Below, one piece after another: positions 26,162 through 32,606 of a stretch of 32,606 nt of DNA. Within the stretch, counting starts at the first letter, position 1, and each line of letters opens with the position of its first letter. Under the pieces are notes generated by a model. That model was not told where the DNA came from. It saw only the letters and a program-made list of their open reading frames with translations, and ran no database searches. A program made the translations under genes and the position numbers. The stretch spans positions 1-32,606 of the IMG/VR virus record IMGVR_UViG_3300037484_000648; one strand, 5' to 3'. This stretch comes from a virus. Its lineage: Duplodnaviria; Caudoviricetes.

Positions 26162-26608
26162 TTATTGAATCGTGGCCAGCTTGTCCGTCATATCGAGCGT
26201 GATCGTCTCGTCCAGGAGGACCGTTGTGGCTCCCGTACGTTCCCACCAGCCGATGAGATTCTTCGCCGTGGCCGTGGGGTTGTAGAGCACGGCGAACTGA
26301 AACGGCCCAAAGCCCGTTGCATCGTCGGCTATGGTCCCGGTCAACACCTTGTCGGCGCCGATCGCCAGCGTCCCAAGCCCCGCTACTTGCGCCCAGGTGT
26401 TCTCAACATCGACGCCCCCGGCCGTGTACCCGTTCTTTGCAAGGATTTCCTCCGGGCCATCGTCCGACCCGCCGTTGGCGTTGTAGACCGTCATGCCCGC
26501 GGTCGGCTGTTCGTTCGACAGGTACACCTTGAGGGTGTCGGTGTTCAGGTCGTGGAGCTTGAGCCCGAGATCCCCGACGAAGCAATCGAACTTGTTGAAG
26601 GTCGCCAT
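26162..26608 (-). CDS. Phage structural protein (MATFNKF-type)
   Basis: HDLNTDTLKVYL..NGYTAGG..GPFQFAVLYN..LIGWW pattern typical of fibre-associated virion proteins. Confidence 0.8.
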   Translation of the reverse strand: MATFNKFDCFVGDLGLKLHDLNTDTLKVYLSNEQPTAGMTVYNANGGSDDGPEEILAKNGYTAGGVDVENTWAQVAGLGTLAIGADKVLTGTIADDATGFGPFQFAVLYNPTATAKNLIGWWERTGATTVLLDETITLDMTDKLATIQ

Positions 26609-26617
26609 GCTCTCTCC

Positions 26618-27097
26618 TTACTTGGGATTCCCCGTCATCGGGTCGTATCCGGAGAACGTCTGGATGGGAATATCCTCCGCGATCTTCTTGTAGAGCGTCC
26701 CGGCCTGATAGGTGTTGTCAGACATCAGGACGGTATAGTTCACCGTGTTGTCGGTCTTCAGTTGCCAAGTCCAGTTGACCATCTTCTTGTAGGCGGCGGG
26801 CTTGGCGGTCTTCACCTCCGTCAGCCCCTTGCCGAGGAAGGAAGGCTTTGCACGGAGGGTCACCACTTGATTGTCCGGTACGAGCGCGACCCAATACGCC
26901 TTGTCGGATGCGTCCCCTGGGGGATCGGTGATCATGATCGGCTGGTCCATGTCGGTCCCATCCGTGTCCACGGAGCATACCACTCCCTGCAATTTGCGGT
27001 AGACAGCCTTCGGCGTGGACTTGAAATACACCATCGACTCCCCGAGGGCGAACGTCGGTACCAGGATCAGAGCGAGAAGGATGCTGAACTTTTTCAT
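26618..27097 (-). CDS. Signal-peptide-bearing hypothetical protein
   Basis: MKKFSILLALILVPTFALG; GGAGG RBS. Confidence 0.75.
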   Translation of the reverse strand: MKKFSILLALILVPTFALGESMVYFKSTPKAVYRKLQGVVCSVDTDGTDMDQPIMITDPPGDASDKAYWVALVPDNQVVTLRAKPSFLGKGLTEVKTAKPAAYKKMVNWTWQLKTDNTVNYTVLMSDNTYQAGTLYKKIAEDIPIQTFSGYDPMTGNPK

Positions 27098-27105
27098 GGT
27101 GCCTC

Positions 27106-28437
27106 CTATGGCGAGGTGATCGTTTGCAGTTCTGCGTCGGTGAAGGCGCGGGACCATATTCTAAGGGCCTTGATGTTGCCGTAAAACGGGTAGTTATTGT
27201 CAACGTTATTCCCAATGGTCCCGTTCGTTCCTAAAGTTATAGAGGGGTCCGATGTGTTAGTAACAACAGTACCCCCATCAAGAGATGTTCTGCCGTCTGT
27301 AGATTGCCATGCTGACGCTGCTCTGAAAGCAGTTCCTACCGTGATTGTATTACCAGAAGATGCACTAACATCGCCTGTTCCTGTCCCATAATTTAATGAT
27401 ACAAATTCAGATGTACCAACATACAACCTGAGTCTGTTATTCCCCGAAGATGCTTGGCCGTCGTATATTTCACCACGTTCAACTCCGTTGTATTTAATCC
27501 CTTCGGCATTAATAGTTCCTGCCGTTGCACTTATGTTTCCAGAGTTCGCGATAGTCAAAGCATCCGCATTCCTCGTCACCGCCGCCGCAACTGTGGGGAT
27601 GTAGGAGGAGGGAAAGGAGGCAGTTTCTCTTTGAGCGCCCCAAATATAAATCCCATACCCAACAACACCAGTATGTTCAGTTTGAGTACCATTCGTTGCA
27701 GCACCAAAGAGCATATAATTGGTGCCGCTACCTGTCCCCATATCGGCAATAGTAATTGAACACCTGTACCACCCGTTTCCGTAATAGAGAATAGTAGCGG
27801 TACATCCGGCATCTACAGTCCCGAGCGCACTAGTTAAAAGGTTAAATCGAGCGAAGTATGCTGTTCCTGCTTTATTTCTCATTTCCATCAATAGCCATGT
27901 ATGCTCTCCCGCCTTTGCAAATACAGAATCCGTTTGAGGAGAATTGTCAGCGGGCGGCGTTGTAGTGGGAAAGAGATTGTGGGGTGCAGTAGTAGTACTC
28001 GAATCGCAAATCTTGTCTGCCGTGGTGGTCCCGTCAGGGGCGACGGCAGCGTTTACTGTTATCGTAACGGCTTCCTTTAACCACCATGATTGATCGAACT
28101 GCTCCGAATACGCGACGAGATTCGTCCTCTGCCCCTCGATCAGCGCACCTTTGGCCTCGATACGAAGGGTGCCAGCCGGAGTCGAGGTCAAATACCCGTT
28201 GTCGATGGCAGTACGCATCGCCGTCGTGGCGCGGGTGAAGGACAGGGTGCCGGTACCCTTGATGAGGCGCAGGGGATCGGCGGGATCATCGAACGGGGCG
28301 TAGAAGGTCAGCGAGGAATCGTTCCACCAGGGGCCGGAGCCGGAGGCCCCGCGATGCCAGACCCGGGCCAGCGGCCAGCCGAAAGCCGTTCCCGCCACAA
28401 GAAGCAAGGCTACCGCAAGTGACAGGATCCGTTTCAT
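27106..28437 (-). CDS. Signal-peptide-bearing head spike/fibre protein with carbohydrate-binding and LamG-like domains
   Basis: MKRILSLAVALLLVAGTAFG; SFTRATTA, GALIEGQRTNL, APDGTTTAD, GNGWYRC, WGAQRE, SSYIPT and RAFTDAELQ motifs. Confidence 0.8.
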   Translation of the reverse strand: MKRILSLAVALLLVAGTAFGWPLARVWHRGASGSGPWWNDSSLTFYAPFDDPADPLRLIKGTGTLSFTRATTAMRTAIDNGYLTSTPAGTLRIEAKGALIEGQRTNLVAYSEQFDQSWWLKEAVTITVNAAVAPDGTTTADKICDSSTTTAPHNLFPTTTPPADNSPQTDSVFAKAGEHTWLLMEMRNKAGTAYFARFNLLTSALGTVDAGCTATILYYGNGWYRCSITIADMGTGSGTNYMLFGAATNGTQTEHTGVVGYGIYIWGAQRETASFPSSYIPTVAAAVTRNADALTIANSGNISATAGTINAEGIKYNGVERGEIYDGQASSGNNRLRLYVGTSEFVSLNYGTGTGDVSASSGNTITVGTAFRAASAWQSTDGRTSLDGGTVVTNTSDPSITLGTNGTIGNNVDNNYPFYGNIKALRIWSRAFTDAELQTITSP

Positions 28438-28820
28438 TTCCAAAAGACCGTGACGTTCATGGCCGTGGCCGTCCTGATGCACAGCCCACGGATCGTATTC
28501 ACGCCGGCCGGCCAAATCTGGCCAGCGATCGGCGCGGCGATCGTAGCGACGATCCCCGTCCCTACGCAAGTCGTGTTGTCGTAGACCGTGATGGCGCCCA
28601 TCGTCCCGCCGTTGACCACCAGGCCGGCGATCATCCCGGGAGACGCCTTGATGATCGTATTGTCCGCGGCCGTGATGTTCGTGTAGTTATACCGTTCCCT
28701 GACCACCCACGTTCCCTGGGAGGGGCCGTCTCCCTCCGCGGCAAACACCATGGCCGCGATCCCAAGACCGCTCAGGACGAACAGCAGAATGGCCGCAATC
28801 AACAGCTTGCTTCTTTTCAT
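28434..28820 (-). CDS. Signal-peptide-bearing small beta protein (virion decoration-like)
   Basis: MKRSKLLIAAILLFVLSGLGIAAMVFA; YTNIT..IIKASPG..GAITVYDNT..GLCI. Confidence 0.75.
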   Translation of the reverse strand: MKRSKLLIAAILLFVLSGLGIAAMVFAAEGDGPSQGTWVVRERYNYTNITAADNTIIKASPGMIAGLVVNGGTMGAITVYDNTTCVGTGIVATIAAPIAGQIWPAGVNTIRGLCIRTATAMNVTVFWK

Positions 28821-28830
28821 CTCTTCCCCC

Positions 28831-29478
28831 TCACAACGAAAATGGTTTCGACCGATGCGTAGCGCCGCCCGTCTCTTCCCCAGCAAACCTCAATCGAAGG
28901 GCCTCCCTGGTTTCAAAGGCGGCCTCTTTCCACTTCTTTTTGTCCTCCGCGGAAATCCCGGTGATATACATGCTGGCTTTGTTCAAGGTGGACATGATGA
29001 AAGCCTCTTCCGCTTGTTCGCTCCACCAATTCGAATTCGGGATCGGCGTCCCTGTAGTCGAGGCTGTCAGCACGGGAAGGCGCCGGTAGTAGCTCCAATC
29101 CCGGGTGTACGCCACATCGGTTATGACGTCGAAATAGAAGTCATCGGCGATCCGCGTGAGCTTGCGAGGAACACCCGTCTCCGTGGTGGCTGGGCGCTCT
29201 GTATGCAGGACTCGCACCGTCTCGCGGCCGTCGACGACGTACCTGGTGGTGCCCTGGATAAATTCCAGGAAAATTAACTCGAGGAAATCCGAGGGAAGCG
29301 CTAATGATGCCGTCGCCGCCGCAATGGAAGCCGTGGCGGGATGGTATTCCATCGGCCGGATCCTCAGATTGTCCTCGAGATCACGCTGGCCAAACCGAAT
29401 AAGGATCGGCATCACCTTGTCGAGCGAATCCTTGTTCAGCCAGCCAGAAACCGCCTGGGATATCTCCGCGTAATTCAT
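28831..29478 (-). CDS. Head-tail adaptor protein
   Basis: NYAEISQAVSGWLNK..DNLRIRPME..ALPSDFLE..GVP..YYRRLP..SNW pattern of podophage adaptors. Confidence 0.8.
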   Translation of the reverse strand: MNYAEISQAVSGWLNKDSLDKVMPILIRFGQRDLEDNLRIRPMEYHPATASIAAATASLALPSDFLELIFLEFIQGTTRYVVDGRETVRVLHTERPATTETGVPRKLTRIADDFYFDVITDVAYTRDWSYYRRLPVLTASTTGTPIPNSNWWSEQAEEAFIMSTLNKASMYITGISAEDKKKWKEAAFETREALRLRFAGEETGGATHRSKPFSL

Positions 29479-29494
29479 CCGGGCCCCTTTTCGA

Positions 29495-29520
29495 TGGGGA
29501 GGGGGATGCCCCCCTCCCCA
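29495..29520. repeat. GC hairpin, copy 1
   Basis: TGGGGAGGGGG-ATGC-CCCCCTCCCCA. Confidence 0.85.
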
Positions 29521-29530
29521 CGGTCATCAG

Positions 29531-29974
29531 CTACGGAGTGCAGAAGTACGTCTTTCCCTTGTTCGTGATGAGCCAGATTTTCGTAAGAGTCGCGTCCCAC
29601 TTCATCGCCACGATCGCGGCCCCGGGCGTGGTACAGGCTGCAAGGGTTGCCTTGGAAATGGCGTTTCCGGAAATCGTATGCCGGATGATCTTGCCGCTTG
29701 CGGTTCCGATGTAGGTGTACGTCGCCCCTGGGTAGACGATCGCCGTGAGCTTTTCGTCCGGGATGGTCGCAAGCAAGGTCAGAATCCCCGTTGCGATCGC
29801 CTGGGAATAGAGCTTTCCGTCGGAGGTCACAACGTAGAGCACGGAATTGTCGACGCCGGTGATCGCGGTGAACTGCCCCGGGTGTTCGGTGCCGACGGCC
29901 GTGAACGTAACCGCCAGCGCCGGTATCGCTCCGAGCAGGAGAAACAAGGCCAAAAGGATGATCGCTTTTCTCAT
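29531..29974 (-). CDS. Signal-peptide-bearing partial beta-propeller protein
   Basis: MRKAIILLALFLLLGAIPALA; three blade-like repeats (TAI..LYVVTSDGKLY / TAI..YIGTASGKII / VAM..WLITNKGKTY). Confidence 0.8.
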   Translation of the reverse strand: MRKAIILLALFLLLGAIPALAVTFTAVGTEHPGQFTAITGVDNSVLYVVTSDGKLYSQAIATGILTLLATIPDEKLTAIVYPGATYTYIGTASGKIIRHTISGNAISKATLAACTTPGAAIVAMKWDATLTKIWLITNKGKTYFCTP

Positions 29975-29990
29975 GGGTCCCTCGTTTTCG

Positions 29991-30019
29991 TGGGGAGGGG
30001 GATGGGGCCCCCCTCCCCG
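29991..30019. repeat. GC hairpin, copy 2
   Basis: TGGGGAGGGGG-ATGGGGC-CCCCCTCCCCG. Confidence 0.85.
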
Positions 30020-30040
30020 TCAGGTTGATGGGTTGCCGGC

Positions 30041-30469
30041 TTACGGATCCATGGTGTAGATCGCGGTCAGTTTGATGACCCCCGTTGTCCCTCCGGAAGC
30101 CGCCCCCGCGGTTGCAGACACTTGAATCGTATCTTCCGCGGCGAAGTTCTTCTGCGTTCCCCCAACGACGGACAGCCGGCGAATTCCTCCCGCCTGTCCG
30201 ACCGTATCCTGACTGATAAACGCCTCAAGCGCTCCGGTGTAACCCACGCTCAAGGTAAGAGAAGATCCGGCGTCAAGGTTTGTGTCGGCGTCGAGGATCA
30301 CGTCAAGCAGGGTGGCGCCGGCAGGGATCTTGACCATGTGGATCACATCCCCCGTCAGGAGGATGGTTGTGGGTGAATACGTGCCAGAGACGGAGCACAA
30401 CCCGAGGTTTGCCCGAGGTTGCACTCCGCTTCCAACAGCACAGTCGGACGAATAGAAGGGCGTAGTCAT
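30041..30469 (-). CDS. Capsid decoration/cement-like protein, paralog 2
   Basis: Post-capsid position; GDVIHMVKIPAGATLLDVIL; ends IKLTAIYTMDP. Confidence 0.75.
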   Translation of the reverse strand: MTTPFYSSDCAVGSGVQPRANLGLCSVSGTYSPTTILLTGDVIHMVKIPAGATLLDVILDADTNLDAGSSLTLSVGYTGALEAFISQDTVGQAGGIRRLSVVGGTQKNFAAEDTIQVSATAGAASGGTTGVIKLTAIYTMDP

Positions 30470-30479
30470 CGCATCCCTC

Positions 30480-30914
30480 CTACGGGTCCATCGTGTAGAT
30501 GGCCGTCAGCTTGATCGTGCCGTCCGTCACGGCCGTCGCGCCGGGAACGGTCTTGATCTTGAACTGAATCGTGTTGTCGGCCGTGTACACGTATTGCGAG
30601 CCTCCGGCAAGCGTCAGCCGGACGATCGCTCCCGCGCTGGACCGCCCCGCGGTTCCCGCCGTGATGAATCTCCCGGAGGAATCCGAGTCTCCAAGGTCCC
30701 AGGTAACGTCGGCCTGGTCCGTGAGGGCGGGAACGTCCAGAATCAGATCCAGCAGGGTAGCGCCCTTCGGCATCTTGACGAGATGGACGATATCCTCGTC
30801 GAGAAACGCCGCAAGCATGGTGTAGGAGCCGGACACGGAGCAAAGTCCAATACCGGCCCGAGGTTGAATGCCGCTTCCTGCCGCACAATCAGCCGAATAG
30901 AAAGGAGTGGTCAT
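30480..30914 (-). CDS. Capsid decoration/cement-like protein, paralog 1
   Basis: Immediately after the capsid gene; DIVHLVKMPKGATLLDLIL; ends IKLTAIYTMDP. Confidence 0.75.
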   Translation of the reverse strand: MTTPFYSADCAAGSGIQPRAGIGLCSVSGSYTMLAAFLDEDIVHLVKMPKGATLLDLILDVPALTDQADVTWDLGDSDSSGRFITAGTAGRSSAGAIVRLTLAGGSQYVYTADNTIQFKIKTVPGATAVTDGTIKLTAIYTMDP

Positions 30915-30926
30915 AGCGCCCCTTCC

Positions 30927-31994
30927 TTAATGGGCGATCGCGTAGGTGTCACACGCGATTACGCCGAAGTCTTTGGAGTTGAAAACGGACTTCTTGATGC
31001 CGAAAATCGACCCGGCCGCCACGCCGAGCTGATTCCCGTAGTCGAACAGCTCTTCCTTCCAGGAATATCGCGCAACGGTTTCCCCGCCGCCGTTCCCGAA
31101 GGCGATCGCCGCGGCCTGGGCGCCGAGGAACAGCGCGCGCGCCGCGGGGAGGTTCGTGCCGGCGCCGTAGTCACTGAAACGGACCACGTTCCGGTGGGAG
31201 TGCAGGACAACACCGCGATACTCACCCAGGGCACCGGTGAAGATCGCGGAGTTTTCTCCCGTCTTGCCGGCTGCGGCTTTCTGGATGTCCTGCCACTGGC
31301 CGGTGCTGGTGTTGGTCCGAAGATCCGTAACCTGGTAGGGGTGAAGAAGCATGATGTGCTTCTTCTCGCCGCCGACCATGATCGGCTGGATCATCGGATC
31401 GACTGTTTCGGCCTTCTCCACCAGCTTTTCGATCTCCGACAGGGTGAAAACGTCGGCGCTGGTGATCGTCGCCTTGGCCAGCCCGTTTGCGTACTGGATG
31501 TGCGCCGAGTCCGGGGCGTTCAGGGAGTTGCCGGCGAACGACGTGAAGCCGAGCGGGAGCGTGAGGGTGGAATCCACGCCGCGAGCGCCGGAGAGGTAGA
31601 CGAACAGGAGCTCATCGAACCGCTCCCCCCACCAGGCCGCCAGAGCCTCGCGAGCGGTCGCGCGCATGTTGTACGGGACGCGCTGTTCGGACGCCTTCCC
31701 CTTCGACCGCACCGCATGACGGAGCTGGTCGATCAGAAGCGCATCGTCGTAGTACGTCAGGCTTTCCTCGTTCCCCTCGAGGGTGTTGTCGCCCGTGACG
31801 CCAGCCCCGCGGAGCTTCATGCGCAGCCCGTGGGTGATCTTGTCGCCGGCGTTCTTCTCGAGGTCGGTGAGTTTGGAGATGATGGAGCCGATGAACTTCG
31901 CGAAGTACATCTTCTTGACGGCTTCCGTCGCAAGCGACAGACTCCATCGTTTGACAGCGAGGGCGTGGTTTACGCCGAATTCCGTTTGTGCCAT
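30927..31994 (-). CDS. Major capsid protein (N4-gp56 / DUF4043 type)
   Basis: DLEKNAGDKIT..GVTGDNTLEGNEESL..IDQLRHAV..RALFLGAQA..EELFDYGN..KDFGVI. Confidence 0.92.
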   Translation of the reverse strand: MAQTEFGVNHALAVKRWSLSLATEAVKKMYFAKFIGSIISKLTDLEKNAGDKITHGLRMKLRGAGVTGDNTLEGNEESLTYYDDALLIDQLRHAVRSKGKASEQRVPYNMRATAREALAAWWGERFDELLFVYLSGARGVDSTLTLPLGFTSFAGNSLNAPDSAHIQYANGLAKATITSADVFTLSEIEKLVEKAETVDPMIQPIMVGGEKKHIMLLHPYQVTDLRTNTSTGQWQDIQKAAAGKTGENSAIFTGALGEYRGVVLHSHRNVVRFSDYGAGTNLPAARALFLGAQAAAIAFGNGGGETVARYSWKEELFDYGNQLGVAAGSIFGIKKSVFNSKDFGVIACDTYAIAH

Positions 31995-32016
31995 GGGTTC
32001 CTACTCCTTGGTTTTT

Positions 32017-32606
32017 TTATCCCCCGGACAGCCATGCTTGCTGTTGCTCGGGGGTGAGTTTTGCGAATTCCTCTTCGGTGTTCACGTTCAACTTCCCGTC
32101 CGGAGGCGATCCCGGCAGTTTTTCCAGGTTCACCCCGCCGTCCACGATCTTGAATTTCGCCATGAGATCCTTCGTCACCGCGGCTGTGATCGTCGGGGTA
32201 AGCTCCGCGGTCAACTTCGTTCGAAGAGCCGTCTCGTTCGGCGCGCTCGTCAGCTTGGCCAGCACCTTGAAAAACTTCGGCGCTTCCTTGCCGCTCGAGC
32301 TGATCAGGTTCCGGATGGTTTCCTCGGACAAGCCTTCGCCCAGGAGCAATTCCTCCATCTGCGGGGCCAGCTCGAGGAAATTCGGAACGGCCGTGTTGAT
32401 ATCCCGTTCCATGTTGGTTCGTGCGATCTCCCCACGGAGATCCGTGATCTCCTGCATGAGAACGGTCATGGCGTTTTCAGGATCCTCGAGGATCAGCTCC
32501 GCGGGAGTCTTGCGAGGCTCGGTGTCCAACCTGGCTTGCAGTTCCTCGAGTTTCCTGTTGAGTTCCTGCCGCGCGCGGCGCTCTTCGTGCAGCGCGGCCA
32601 ACGGCA
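32017..32606 (-). CDS. Putative capsid scaffolding protein, 5' end outside the window
   Basis: Frame is open to the window edge; PLAALHEERRARQE motif, helical and acidic, directly upstream of the capsid gene. Confidence 0.7.
   Translation of the reverse strand, partial: PLAALHEERRARQELNRKLEELQARLDTEPRKTPAELILEDPENAMTVLMQEITDLRGEIARTNMERDINTAVPNFLELAPQMEELLLGEGLSEETIRNLISSSGKEAPKFFKVLAKLTSAPNETALRTKLTAELTPTITAAVTKDLMAKFKIVDGGVNLEKLPGSPPDGKLNVNTEEEFAKLTPEQQQAWLSGG

Larger units (their letters stand above)
1..32606. mobile_element. Segment of a podovirus-like phage genome, apparently in unintegrated (attP-containing) form
   Basis: Capsid, nozzle, ejection, lysis, recombination and helicase genes lie in convergent operons; phage genes flank both sides of the att core. 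Confidence 0.95.

Noticed and set aside
22341-28437. Diversity-generating retroelement or invertible shufflon acting on the fibre genes
   Set aside because: No reverse transcriptase or invertase in the window, and no TR/VR-like duplicate or inverted crossover sites seen by eye; a self dot-plot would be decisive.

Overview
The whole window is part of a tailed-phage genome with podovirus-type organisation; no host genes were seen. From the left: a leftward SF2 helicase, HNH nuclease and Cro-like HTH gene, then back-to-back sigma70 promoters. A rightward early operon follows (pentapeptide-repeat protein, Sak4/AAA_24-like ATPase, SSB-like protein, HAD-MazG fusion, RyR-domain protein, small ORFs). 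It ends in a 43-aa excisionase::integrase deletion remnant and an unrecombined attP whose core is the 3' half of tRNA-Thr(CGT), flanked by arm-type repeats and carrying a chromosomal-type parS. The right 24 kb is a leftward late operon: scaffold, N4-gp56/DUF4043-type major capsid, duplicated decoration genes, adaptor, fibre/spike genes, nozzle, GNAT-like protein, ejection proteins, a 1937-aa LPD38-type protein, GH108 endolysin and a membrane-rich lysis cassette. Most unusual: (1) six late-operon proteins carry classical Sec signal peptides and are enriched in Asp-Asn dipeptides, suggesting virion parts that are exported and possibly modified in the periplasm; (2) an apparently ex-temperate phage that lost int/xis (and shows no cI here) but kept attP plus a parS; (3) a candidate spanin with an N-terminal membrane anchor and a C-terminal beta-signal. 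Family assignments come from motif recognition by eye, not database searches.
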